The notes under the pieces were generated by a model. It had not been told where the DNA came from, searched no databases, and saw nothing but the letters and a program-made list of their open reading frames with translations. DNA of 63,712 nucleotides, filler included, from Pelomyxa schiedti (taxonomy: Eukaryota > Protista > Evosea), in NCBI GenBank assembly GCA_020536535.1. It is 7 parts of 7 records of this genome, joined end to end, with 100 filler letters (N's around TTAATTAATTAA, not from the genome) between each part and the next. Parts side by side here need not be neighbours in the genome. Positions count along the whole stretch, not along the records: positions 5,943 to 21,814 come from JAHLWZ010000102.1; positions 21,915 to 34,427 come from JAHLWZ010001214.1; 5 more parts are not named here. One strand, given 5' to 3'. Numbering within the stretch: the first letter of the stretch is position 1; each line of letters opens with the position of its first letter. A program made the translations under genes and the position numbers. Below, one piece after another: positions 12,270-24,188 of this stretch.

Positions 12270-12950
12270 CGTCAGAAATTAACGGGAAAATTACAGCACT
12301 CGTGGTCTCAAAAGGATACTGATCTAAGAGAAGATCAAAACGAAGGTACGGAAAAACAGGAAAAAAATGAAAACGTGACGAGAAAAAAAGTGTCGCGATT
12401 TCGACGCGAAGGCGCGGTTCCATGCCGACACATTAAACACAACATAAACAAATTGCAACTATGGGAATACGACGCGTCGCACCCTACCCGAGTAAATAAT
12501 GGGCACGCACCACCGCAAGATCCAAAAAACGGCTGCCCAAAAAAAATTCTGGTAACCTGTACAGATGTAAAAGAAGGAAAAAAATCAACCACAAATAACA
12601 GAAGGGGCACAAACGGACCAGTATTTGAGCAATTGTGTGCCATTCACAAGTGGTGTCCACATGACCATCCACTCCCATAATGACAACACACACGACACAC
12701 GTCCGTGCATTAATTTCTTTGTCTCCCCAACAAATACACACAGCATGACCTCTCGCCCACTTGTGATTTTTTATTTTTTGTTCTTCTTTTCAACAAACAA
12801 TAATCAACCGTGGACGAACGCGGAAAGTGACCGATCATCAAAATCAAACCGTCTCTCATCAACAAAAAACCAAAGTCACAGACAACGGAAAGGAATCTGC
12901 GCCCTGAGAGGCTTTTTTCCCTGTGTGGTTTCCAAAAAAGATATCTTAAT

Positions 12951-14945
12951 TCAAAGTAGCCTGTGGAGTGTAGCCCTGAGCCACTGTTCTTGTTTGGAAC
13001 CTGGTTGTAATGTGGTTGCAAACAACAGGGCCGTCTCGATGTGGTACTTGGTCAACACCCTTTTCCTCAGCAGTATCCTGACCATGTCTCCCATAGGTAC
13101 CCCTGTCATGCCCCAGTAAACCCTATCTTCAGCAATCAGTGATATTAAGTCATCTGAACTCTTCACAAAGGAGAACAACAGCCTTCCCAGGAACAAGTCC
13201 CAGTCCTCAACAGCCCTTCTCCACAGCTGTGCTGATGCAATGGCAACACCAGGGGGTGGTGTCAGTGATGCGGCCTGGGCTACTGTGAATGCACACTGCC
13301 ACCCACACTGCCCCACAGCATGCTCTATTTTCAAGTAGGGGTTCTCCATGAACTGGCAAAGCCAGGTGATTACCTCTGGCTTTGTATCGGTGTGGTTTAT
13401 GCATATCTCTCCAAGTACATCATCCAGGAAATCCCTGGTGCTGGATATCATGCTGAATGGTGCTTCTGAAGTAAGCCACTTTGCGAGTTCCAAATGACCA
13501 TAGCAGCAGGCTGTGAAAACAAGCAAGTGCACATCGATTTCAGAACGGCACACACCTCTCGGACTCATATCAAAGAGGTTGCTGGCTCTCTTGGCGATAT
13601 CAAGGTTTCCAACTTTGCAGATGGTTTCCAGACCTGCCAGTGCATTGTATGGAAGCCGGAATTGTGGAGAAGTGATGTAGTATGGAAGAAGGTCATCTGC
13701 TGAGATAATATCGGGTATCACCGATGGAATGGAAGTGATTTTCCATGTCTCTGTTATCCAATTCACAATTTGAGCATTACCTTCAGCCAGGGTCATCCAT
13801 AAAACTGCCACTGCATCGTTCTGGGTCAGCTCCTCCCTCTTTGGTGCTGATTTCAACCAAACCAGGTATTCAAGGTCAGCTGCAGCACAGGCACCTAAGT
13901 ATAATTCGATGATACTCTCATGTGTGGCAATTTCCCAAATGGAATATTTCAGAGTGTACCACTCTGCGAACTCGATTTTGTTTCTCTTTTGTGAGGAACT
14001 CAATACAACCATTCCCTTCACCCGTTCAGACGGGTCACACTCCACAAGGGAAGGCAGATATGAGGTAGCCATTTTGGCCAGGTCAAGCCTGACTTCAGAA
14101 CAGCAAGTACACAGGAATTTTAGAATCCAGGGTGGAAATGGAGAAGTTATGGAGCCATGGTACCTCTGTACAAGCCAGCTTCCAAGAGAACTTGAACATG
14201 ATGACAGTCGCCCAGTATACTGAGAAAATTCCATGTATGACATATTCAAGTGCTCCACGATCCACTGCGCAATTTCACTGTTGTACCTGGAAATGGCGGT
14301 GTGAAGTGTTTTTCCCAGTACTTCTTGTGGTATCTCAAGTCTCTCAATCAGGGCCACAACAACTTCCAACCTGTCATATGTCACAGCGACATACAGTGCG
14401 ACTTCCGCCAAATTGCTTGGCTTCAGATTGCTTGGACCCGTTGTGGTAGTGTTGTTTGCAGCAGTGCCTGGAGTTCCTCCTTGCAGTAGTGATCCCACAG
14501 GCTGGCCAGGGTTGGCATTGCGTACTATGGTCAGAACCATGGGTGCTGTTCCAGGACAGGTGTGTTTCGCACACTTCTCCACGGCAATGAGGGGACCAAC
14601 AAGTTTCATTATGGTTTTGGCCACCAAGCACTTCAGTGGGAAAATTGCAGAACCCCAGGAAATCAATGCATCAATGTCACTGGAACTACATAGAACAATT
14701 TTAAAGAAAAGGAGAGGGCAAAGAATAACCAACCCAAATGCAGGGAATGACCTCGGTATCACAATGAACCAGAGAACATGGGCCAGCCCCAGCACCTTTT
14801 GTGCTTCCGCGTCCTTGGCATCACGGGCACCACCAACATGTTGTTGTGGTGGTGCCTCAGAAAGACTACTACTACGGCAGGGGCTTGTGGTACTATCACT
14901 ACTACTAGTTGTTGGACTCACAGTACTTGGTTGGTTGTTGTACAT
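12951..14945 (-). CDS. Intronless degenerate ankyrin-like repeat protein (distant member of the family arrayed at 54776-62232)
   Basis: 664-aa ORF with ACCYGHLELAKWL and ICKVGNLDIAK repeats; ALISWGSAIFPLKCLVAK resembles DLFSAAQALFPLVALVCK of the array genes. Confidence 0.7.
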   Translation of the reverse strand: MYNNQPSTVSPTTSSSDSTTSPCRSSSLSEAPPQQHVGGARDAKDAEAQKVLGLAHVLWFIVIPRSFPAFGLVILCPLLFFKIVLCSSSDIDALISWGSAIFPLKCLVAKTIMKLVGPLIAVEKCAKHTCPGTAPMVLTIVRNANPGQPVGSLLQGGTPGTAANNTTTTGPSNLKPSNLAEVALYVAVTYDRLEVVVALIERLEIPQEVLGKTLHTAISRYNSEIAQWIVEHLNMSYMEFSQYTGRLSSCSSSLGSWLVQRYHGSITSPFPPWILKFLCTCCSEVRLDLAKMATSYLPSLVECDPSERVKGMVVLSSSQKRNKIEFAEWYTLKYSIWEIATHESIIELYLGACAAADLEYLVWLKSAPKREELTQNDAVAVLWMTLAEGNAQIVNWITETWKITSIPSVIPDIISADDLLPYYITSPQFRLPYNALAGLETICKVGNLDIAKRASNLFDMSPRGVCRSEIDVHLLVFTACCYGHLELAKWLTSEAPFSMISSTRDFLDDVLGEICINHTDTKPEVITWLCQFMENPYLKIEHAVGQCGWQCAFTVAQAASLTPPPGVAIASAQLWRRAVEDWDLFLGRLLFSFVKSSDDLISLIAEDRVYWGMTGVPMGDMVRILLRKRVLTKYHIETALLFATTLQPGSKQEQWLRATLHRLL

Positions 14946-14995
14946 TTTCGTTTGTGTTGCTTTTGATGAGAAAGACGAACCCGCTGGTTGTTTTT

Positions 14996-15876
14996 ATTTT
15001 TTTTTGGAGTTACCATGTTGTAGAATAATATACACAGGAGTTGCCCTCTATATCACGCTCACAGGATATACGGCATGTATGGGAGCGGTTGTGCGTTTTG
15101 AACGTGGAGAACTCTTTCGACAAGGAAGCATATTTCATCTCCAAACTTTGTGTAAGATGCACGTATCAGTATCAAGTGGAACAAACAAATTAATTAATAT
15201 TTATAAGATATCTTTATCACGATTTAATTATAATAATAATACCCCAGTAGTGATAATGGGGTGCGGCATTACCTCCGAGTTGAATTTATCATCATCGGGT
15301 GCAGCAGTGAGCGCCCCAGTGGATAGTGTTATTGCCGCAGTGCTCTGAGGAGAGGGGTTGCTGCTACTAGATACAGGAATGATTGTGCACCCACCATTAG
15401 CGGTGGGCGTCGCAAATGGCGGCGCGTCGAATGTATGTTGATGTCGCGAGTCTGGCGGCGACACACTCAATTTCCGCATGGAAGACTGCACCAAACCTTT
15501 TTCAGTAAACAAACAAACAAACAAACAAACAAACAAACAAACAAACAAACAAACAAACAAACAAACAAACAAACAAACAAACAAACAAACAAACAAAAAG
15601 AGACAGTGATACGAAACCAAAAACTCCTCGCACAGCAACAACAAACAAAAAAAAAACAAGTACTTCCAAAGTTGGGATCGAGTGTTGTTCATGAGATGCG
15701 GGGGTGGCCTGTTTGCGTGCCGCCGACCGTGGATCTTGCGTGTTGGTGTGTTGGCCGTCGTTGTCCATCGTCACTGCCCTCGAATCATCACTCTGTGCCG
15801 GGTTATTAGTTGTGGCTGAATCTGTTGGCTGGAGCGAGAGGAGCGCATCCTGCTTTGCTTGGCAACCAAATGGCAC
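14996..15876 (-). CDS. Possible small spliced hypothetical gene; the microsatellite would lie in an intron
   Basis: Plausible exons (...HSIPTLE / GLVQSSMRKLSVSPP...IITTG) flank the T-rich repeat with GT/AG ends; boundaries uncertain. Confidence 0.25.
15507..15597. repeat. (AAAC)n microsatellite, about 22 units
   Basis: Perfect tandem AAAC repeat. Confidence 0.97.
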
Positions 15877-16372
15877 TTGTCTAAAAAGTGGAGTCCACCT
15901 CTAGGGGAGCAGTGTACTCAGAGACTGACCGTTGTGAGAACCCCGGGGAATGTAATTCCCCGAATGCCGAGTGATGGAATCCAGTGCGTTCCCAGAGCCC
16001 GTTTTCGTTCAGAAAAAAATAATAAAGCAACAACCAACAGGCAAGGAGTGCGGATAGCCTCAGATCTAAGCGACAACATAGTGAGAAGAAATGGTGGACA
16101 GGGAGGCCATTGAGCGAACAAAGCTAGAGGCATATGACAAGGTTGACAGGGCTGAGACTGCTGTCAAGGACAAGGTGACCAGCATGATTCCTGGCCACAG
16201 CGATGCGCTCGTCGACGAACCGGCTATGAAGGCATCGTCTGAGGTAACCTAATTTTCTTTGTTGCTATTTCATTTCTGTCTTTGGTTTTTGATTGTTGGT
16301 ATTGTAGAGAAAAGAGAATCGCGTAAAAAACACCTTCGAAGTCAAGTAAAAAAAAAAAAAAACACCAACAAA

Positions 16373-19300
16373 ATGAGCACAAACGCTGGTTCGCAAACAG
16401 CCGGCCACGCCGACTCTGAGTTTGATACTACCGCAAACAACACAGTTTCATCCGCCATTTCATCGTCGGATGAACTTGGCATTAAAGTGCACTTGGAGGT
16501 GCTATTATTTATGTTGCGTTGTGTGTTGGGGTCAAAACATGAATTAGCGAGTTCACTTCTTTCTAGCTTTTGGATTTGAGAAAGGCTAAGCTGACGGAAA
16601 TCAACAAAAAACTTTTCAACTATACCAAAACATGCAACTGTATGACAAATTCAACTCTCTTGTAGTGAACTCTTTATTTCCAGTGTATATCGAATCAGGA
16701 CGACAATTGGGAGAAATGATAAGTTCGTATGCCGCAAGTTTAACAGATGCCTCTGATCAGCTCGCTGTCCAAGCAGGTATTTACCTGCTTTTTTTTCCTT
16801 TCTTACAACCGTCTTGTACTTCCCCAGCCTCGGGAGCACTTAAAGTTCACGACCTCCACCGACGATTCTTGGACTTGCAAAATGATATGGTATGCACCTT
16901 TTGAGTATTGAAGATCATTCCCAATGCTACGTAAGTTTCGCAGTATAACACAGAAAGTCGAAGAGCCTATGGCAAATGTAATTCACACTGAGATTAAGCA
17001 GGCCCGCGTGCGCTTCCCTTCCTAATTCCCACGCGTTAAAGTCACTGTGTATGTAGCAATGCGTCAAGGCATATGAAAAATCCAGAGATAAATGTGTCTC
17101 TGTTTCCAAGAGAGGGAAGCAAGACGAAATTGCTACAGCTCTTCAGGATAGAGACAGCACGCAAAAAGCAGCTCAGTCAAGTTTGGCCCTGGCACATACT
17201 TGTGTCAAAGTAGAAACTGTCAAAATGTTTACCAATTACTATTCGATATACATGTGAGCTTTGCATTCCTTTTTGAATTTCTCACATTTTCAAAGGGATT
17301 TCAACAAGAAGTTGAATGAACTTCTCACACCTATGACAGACGACTATAAAAAATTTTGTAAAAACATTGGGGCTGTATGAAACCAGAACTTTTGGATGAC
17401 ACTCATTTACATCAGGATCTACCTGAGGGGGAGTTCGAAGAAGTTGTCAATCTCACAGATGGTTTGCGTCTGGCAATGACAGTGGAAACCTAACCAAAAT
17501 CTAGTGGAAAAATTGAATCAGGTCTTGACGAAGCTGTTGGAGGGTGAAAATAAATACCTCTTCTACCTAAAGAAGTTCACGGTTTTATATATATTGTCTC
17601 TGAGGATTTATTCATTTTCCCCCAAGGAATTCAAGGAGGTCCTTGTAAACAAAGGCACCCTATCGCCAGAAGCCCTCGCCACTTTAATCTCCAATCTCGA
17701 TCAATTGTTTCCTTTCCATCAGAAATTTGTTGCACAAATTGACGCTGCTACTAAGAGCGAAGATCCTGCTGCAGCTATCGGAAGCTTGTTTTTGGAACAT
17801 GTAACGAAACATTCCAAAAAGAAAGCTAAGACTATTCTCAGGCAGCACAATTGAAGAAATCTTATTGTGAGTATACACAGAACTCTCATTTGGCCTTTGA
17901 GGCATTCACTGGATTGACTAGAAGCTATCATACTTTATCACTCATAAAGGTAATCAAAATCGGTGGCGCTTCCCATTTTTGATTATCCTCAGTCTGTGGA
18001 ACGTTCAGATCCACTGAACACAGCTGATCTTGCTACTGTGATTGCCTCTCCCACTAAACAATTACAATTCTATTTGCCTTTGCTGGAGGTAACACTCTTC
18101 CCCTCCTGCAGTCAACTCATCCATCAAGGCACTTCTGGAGCTCATTCCAACCAAGCTTCCGGGCTATGATGCTTTAGCTGTGGGCTTTTCCTTACTTTAA
18201 GTCTGTGCAATGCATTAACAAAAACCAAAAGGAAGCAATTGAAATACTCACCGAGCTAATTTCTGCTGTTGAATTAAGCAAACGCCAATCAGAGAATATG
18301 TCAAATGTGCTGGAAGTTAGTAAAACTCTGAAAAATATTGAGGTACCATACTTTAACTGAATTGTACTTCTAATGTGGCACAGTTCACCCTTGTTGAAGC
18401 ACACCGCGTTTTCATCTTCGATGGAGATGTAATTGTTGTTCCAACGACCACACGCCCGAAGGAGGGTGCCACTCTGACTGCGAATCACCGCTTGTTCCTG
18501 TTTAATGATATGCTACTTCTTTCACTGAAGCCTTCAGGGAGGTTTCCCTTCATGGGCGCTTCTAGTGAGCAATATAAGTACGAGATGACAATTCCAGTCA
18601 AGACCCTGAAAGTTGTGCACGTTTCAGAAATTGACGGTATCTTCAAGTTGAAGTGATGATTTAATTACCTCTGAGCAGCCGGGTATAGAAATGCCTTTTC
18701 TCTTACTTGGACTGATAATGGTGAACCTGCGTCACTGCTGCTTGCCACTAACACATCTGGGCAGCTGGAGTATTGGGTAGATCAAATAAACAAAGTTACT
18801 ACAACAATGTTCCAGCAACAAGGTAAAGAAATGCAAAGTTTATTACTCTTAATTTCTTCTCAGTGTTTGGGAAAGAACTGGAACTTCTCATGGAGTGCCC
18901 AGAAGAAAAGGGACGAGATATTCCCTTATTTGTTGAGGACGCTATAACCTACATCAAGACACATAAAGGTTTCTTTCACTTCTTGACTCATTATTGACAA
19001 GCTCCAGGTTTATCCACAGAGGGAATCTTCCGATTGAGTGGGAATCAATTTGAAATGACAAGACTTCAATCACTCATTGACTCTGGTATTCACTCCCAGT
19101 CTACTATTGCCATGATAATTTGGCCACCAGGAATTAAACCGCCTTATGAGTATAAGACTGTGCACAATGCTGCAGGCTTACTAAAACAATGGATAAGGTT
19201 AACTAAATTCTTTTTTAAGAGGTCCCCTTACGCCTACAAAGGAGTTTGCCAGATCCAGTTCTCACCTATTCTTTTTATGACAGATGGCTTACTTTTGCTT

Positions 19301-21098
19301 GTATCACTTGAGCGATATTTTTCACTTTCTCATCAACATATAGCTTCCCCAAAGGATCCCGCAGATGTCGACAGATTAACCTCGAAAATGCGAGATCTCG
19401 TGAGCAAACTTCCAAAATACCACCGTTTTGTTTTGCGTACTCTAGTTGAACTTTTTGTTGATGTCTATGACCACAGTCACATCAATATGATGCATGCACA
19501 AAACCTGTCTGTAGTTTTTACGCCGAGTATGCTGAGGAGCAGGTATCCCATCTCTAAGTTTTCCGCATCTCAAGTCCCACCAGCTCCCCTGAAGGTCTCA
19601 TATCTGGCAAAACATTTGGCGTGATAGAGAATCTCATAATTTACTACCACGATATATTTCCTGTGTGGCATTCCTTTCCTTTTGGATGATTCCTCACCTG
19701 CCCCAGGATATTATCAAAGAACAAGCTACCATTCGAGATGCTTATAATGCTGTATATTCACCAGAAGTTGTTGCACAAAAGAAGAAAGAGAAGCGCGATG
19801 CAGAAAAGGTGCAATCACCTCACCCCCGTTTACATCTCGATTCTCATTTTCTTACAGGAAGTAAGAATTGCTGCTGAAGCTGCAAGAGCAGCATCACATG
19901 ACGAGAGTTCTACAACTCCCAAACTGACTGCACAGCAATGGTTTCTCTCCCGTCTCCATTCACTGACCCAGTTAACCTTCTCAGGTTGATTGACCAGAGG
20001 AGACTCCAAGAAGAAGAAGCCCGACTTGCTGAAGAAGAAGAGGCCGCTGAAGTAAAACTCCCACTTCTCAAGCCAAATGTAACACTATCCAGGCCAGAAA
20101 AATTATTGAAAGGTTAGAGAGAGAGAAAAAGGAGCGATTGGCTGCCATTGAGCTTGCAGAAGCAAGAATCCGTGAAGTAGATCCTGTTTTGATTTTTTTT
20201 CCCTAACCTGTCACTAGGAACAACTAGCAAGAGAAGAGAAACTAAGGCAATTACAACAAGAAGAGAGAATAGCTGATGAAGCCAGAAAACTCAGACGAGA
20301 ATCAATGTTAGCTTTTTCTCCCTTTCCCATTTTTACAACTGTGCAGGCGTAAGGAAGAAGAGGAACGGTTGCAGGCAGAAATTGAAGCAGAAAGGGCACA
20401 AAAGGAAGCTCGTGCAGGTACTTCTGCATAGAATACTTAAACTTTTAAACGCCATCTTCAGCTGCCAAGCTTAAGGCAGAGAGAGAGGCTGCTGAAGCCA
20501 GAGAAAAGGAAGAGGCAGAGCGAGTTGCGTCTCTCCCAGTCTGTGCCGGGTGTGGGGAACGAATTGATGGTGATGATGGAATTTCCGCACTCAACAAGCC
20601 CTGGCACGATAAATGCTTTGGTAGTTCCACTTCCCACCAAAACAATTTAACATCAAACCAGTCTGTGCTGTATGTAAGAAACCATTTGAAGGGTCCTACA
20701 TTGTCAAGGTTTCACTTTTCATTTACCCAATACACTCTCACAGCATTATTACCCAGGAAGGTAAGGCGATATGCAAGCCATGCTCTCAAAAAGCTTCGGG
20801 ATCGGCTGCTGTGTGTGGCCGCTGCTCCCAGCCCCTCTCCGGCAAAGTTGTAAAGTAAGTTCCCTTACCCTTTCCTCTCCCACCGCTAACCCCGGCCCTA
20901 CAGAGCCTTTTCCAAGTCATGGCACCAGGCCTGCTGGACCTGTTCCAGCTGCAACGCACCGCTCACCGGCGGCTTCTTTGACAGGTACAGTACAATTCCT
21001 AGTCAACACCGCAACCAATCCTTCTCATTCTACACATACCAAACAGCGGGCAAGGCACACCACTGTGCCGGCCCTGTGCCGAGGCTCAGGCAGAGTGA
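16373..21098 (+). CDS. BAR-like / RhoGEF(DH) / PH / RhoGAP / coiled-coil / LIM multidomain Rho regulator, many short introns
   Basis: DH-like LLEGENKYL and ISNLDQLFPFHQKF; PH HRLFLFNDMLLL; GAP EGIFRLSG and NMMHAQNLSVVFTPSML; LIM CAGCGERI...WHDKCF and CCVAA...WHQACWTCSSC. Introns through the GAP domain were checked individually and are GT-AG. Confidence 0.85.
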
Positions 21099-21255
21099 GT
21101 CACACTGAATACTTGGAATTCACGGGAAGAACCTGGGCTTATAAGCACACTTTCACCACACCTCCACCAGATCAACTAAAATAAATAAACACTTTGTTTC
21201 CTCTTTATCTCGCTTCAGTACGAACACGTCCGTCACTCCCTGTCAGTACACTCAC
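21095..21255. mobile_element. Foldback/MITE-like dispersed repeat, copy 1
   Basis: Near-identical to 54221-54385; ends GTGAGT..ACTGA / TCAGT..ACTCAC are complementary. Confidence 0.6.
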
Positions 21256-21335
21256 ACTGTGCAAGATATTTCTCTATCGATCGTTTTTTTTCGTTTTTAG
21301 CAAAGGTATACACCCAGACCTTAAAGAACTGAGAC

Positions 21336-21814
21336 TTAACTCAAAGGCATGCCAAGCCACAACATGACAGAAACTTCAAAGGTGTGTCTGGACTGTGCAG
21401 TCACATACTCACGGAATTCGTCAATTGTGAGGCCAAACGAGTTGATGATGTGGGCTGCAGCGTGTGGTGAACGTGACACGAGGGGCATCAAGTGCTTGCG
21501 TATCAGAGAACGGTCAATTGAGGGACCATAGCGATCCAGAATCATGTGCCAACCTGTGAGGTCAATGCTGTCACCGTAACACTTGCTGCCCAGTTGTGCC
21601 ATGTCCACAATCTGGATGGAATGTGTTGAGTCTTTCTTTATTTTGGTGGTGTTGGTGGATGTGTGCATGTGTTGCAATGCATTTTAATGGTGAGAGACAC
21701 ACATCAGACAAAGGGACGTCGAAACGATTGAGAAGCCACAGTGCACAACGGTTCTTCCGACCTGAAAAGAGTTTGAACAAGAGCCAGTTGTTGTTTCGCT
21801 TGATTTGAGAGTAT
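21336..21814 (-). CDS. 3' end of an ankyrin-like family member (truncated by contig end)
   Basis: KNRCALWLLNRFDVPLSDV / LTGWHMILDRYGPSID...WLGMP matches the C-termini of the array genes. Confidence 0.8.
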
Positions 21815-21914
21815 NNNNNNNNNNNNNNNNNNNNNNNNNNNNNNNNNNNNNNNNNNNNTTAATTAATTAANNNNNNNNNNNNNNNNNNNNNNNNNNNNNN
21901 NNNNNNNNNNNNNN

Positions 21915-23586
21915 ATGGAGCTCTCCCCGTCGGTGTGATAGTCGCCGAACCCCCCATCACCCCCTCCAATGACAATTGTATCCACGGAGGATACTTCGGC
22001 TGGTACTGTGTGTGGATGAGGTTTTTATTGAACAACAAAAGGGGCATTGTAACCTGTGAATGAATGAATCCCGGGCTGAGTGAAGAGAACCTTTCCTCCT
22101 CCAGATGAAGAGAGAATCAGGGCGTGCCCCCAAGGACCCAGTATATCCAAAGCACTGACTCGAGCTCTCACAGCAATCATTCTGGAGCCATTCCAGGGGA
22201 TCATACATTCTGGAGTCACACAGAAAATTGACCTTGAAAATTGGATTTGAGTGTCTTCCATAGCCTCTTCCACGCCATCGGCAATTTGCACTTCCACTTG
22301 CCTACATTTCATTGTTACTCACAGGGTAAGTAAAGAGATAATACCGATGTTCATCATCTGCCGGCCATTGAACCGTCACCGTACTGCTAGAAACTGCGCT
22401 CACTGTCGGAGTAATTCCAGAAATCTCACTCAAGCAGCCAAGTTTGGTAATTGTGGCTAGGGTCTACATTTTTCATCAATGTGAGGGTGAAGGCTGGATA
22501 ACGAAAACCTGTGTGATTGGGATTGAAGTAAACGACACCTGAGAAGGTGGAATGGGCAAATTGCATTGGTTTTCAATTTGATTCAGTAATTCTGCCAGCT
22601 AGGACTTGATTGAGAATTCAAAAGGCGGCTAAACATTTACCTCTCTTGGACTTGTATTTTCATTTGCCAGCTGCCGATCCACATCTGCCACGAGGTAATT
22701 GACGGCATCTGAAAGCACATCAATCAGTTTACCCCTTCAGAGGAAAGAAAATACCGTAGCTGCGTTGTATTCGATCTGTCTTTTCCGTTACCATTGTATT
22801 CAATTGGCCAGTGAGTTGTTTTGATCTTTCCTGAATTGCCAAAAACAGTGGCTGAAGCACAGCACAGAGTTCATTCCTGGCCGTTGTACCCTTGCTGTTT
22901 ACATCTTTCAATACAGTCCGCAGTTCTGTTCCTCGGCCTTTTAAATTACTCAGGGCTGTTTCCACGGTCCTATGTATATCTTGCTTCCTTTCAGAAAGGT
23001 ACGGGCGCCAAGTTACCTTCGCCTTACTTAGTAAAATGACCGAGTGTGGAAATTGTCAATACCACAATGTGTCCATGGTGACTTCGTTCTTTACATGCCG
23101 CGCAGCACAGAGCCTAAGTTTTTTGAGTGTCAGAGAATTTATAAATATTTATAGTTTCATGATTTCACTTTATTGATTGAGGTTAAGAAACGGAGAAGAA
23201 ACAAACCACGCAGCTCCGACAGAAGAACTCCATCGCGGTGTTGTGCACACTACAATTCGGCGCAGAGTCACCAATTGGCACCCTCTGATGCAACTTTTGA
23301 ATGGGATTGGGGTGCAGATCCTCATTGCACTTTTGGCACAGGCTGACCTTGTCATTGATGCACTGTACTGTCGCCTTGGCTGTCCCACAATTGCCACACT
23401 TGACCTAACGAGATGGTCGTCAGACATTTCAACAGCAAAGGGGGGGGGGGGGGGGGGGGGGGGGGGGAAGCATACGATTGACCAGCCTGAAGACTTCAGA
23501 CATGCATCAATCGCCTCCACTTGTGCAACGTCGTCGTTGATAGACGTGATGACAGAACTGCTTGCTGTTCTTGTGCTGCTTGCCAT
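21915..23586 (-). CDS. Double B-box zinc finger plus coiled-coil protein (TRIM-like, no RING seen), 3'-partial
   Basis: Spliced translation CGNCGTAKATVQCINDKVSLCQKCNEDLH...CSVHNTAMEFFCRSCV/ALCCAACKERSHHGH followed by a coiled coil. Confidence 0.8.
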
Positions 23587-23797
23587 TAGATTGGGTTGTC
23601 GTCTTGTTGGTTTGTTGAGTTGTTTTTTTTTTTTTTTTGATTGATGGCGTTTGCCGTTTCTTGGGTTTTGTTGATCAAAGTTTTCCGATTCCTGAAAATG
23701 ATGGTTGCCAGGAATCTCACAGACCTTGCGCGAACTTGCGTGTTCAATTCCATTTCGGGGTTTAAACTTTTCTTGTGAATGGCGCAAGCCGATTTAT

Positions 23798-24051
23798 CTG
23801 CCCCAACTTGACGACCCCACCCTCAGGAGGAATGAAGAAGAGGCTACACCCTGAGGATGGGTCAATTCTGATCCCAGGCGGGAACAAAACCTAACACCAG
23901 CGCAGTCGTTCCGGTACGCACCTCCTCAGTTTTCGTTTCGCGGTTCCTCCCTGGCCGTGCTTGTTGTGCCCTTGCAATCGCAGTAGCCACTCAGAGCGAT
24001 CAGAATGGTTCTCTGAACTTCAATCAATTACCTCTTTCGAAGGCTGGGCAG
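23798..24051 (-). ncRNA. Candidate structured RNA element of unknown family
   Basis: Several nested complementary segments found by eye; G-U wobbles favour the minus strand (see findings). Confidence 0.3.
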
Positions 24052-24188
24052 CCGCAACAAACTCTCGAATTCCCTTCTCCCTCTTTCTGAGCGACCTGAG
24101 GGCGAGATTGGGGCCCATACGGATCCCAGGGCTAAAAAGGAGTACGTTCCGACCAAGGAAAGACCCATTCATCAAATTCCCTTCACCC

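Noticed and set aside
16091-16252. 53-codon ORF MVDREAIERTKLEAYDKVDRAE...
   Set aside because: Looks helical, but strand and exon context are ambiguous and cannot be supported.
23888-23895. AACCTAAC as a telomerase template for TTAGG
   Set aside because: An 8-mer is plausible by chance, it is on the strand less favoured by folding, and the telomere repeat is unknown.
23939-23952. T-box-like AGGGAGGAACCGCG near glycyl-tRNA synthetase
   Set aside because: It is on the strand opposite GlyRS, lacks the UGGN needed to pair with tRNA NCCA, and no stem I is visible.
24036-24069. Glycine-riboswitch-like words (CGAAGG...GCAA...AAACUCUC) upstream of GlyRS
   Set aside because: No GGAGA junction or CUCUCAGG, and the P1/P2 stems cannot be built; probably chance.
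23961-24188. In-frame non-ATG upstream extension of GlyRS as an organellar targeting peptide
   Set aside because: No in-frame ATG and no supporting evidence.
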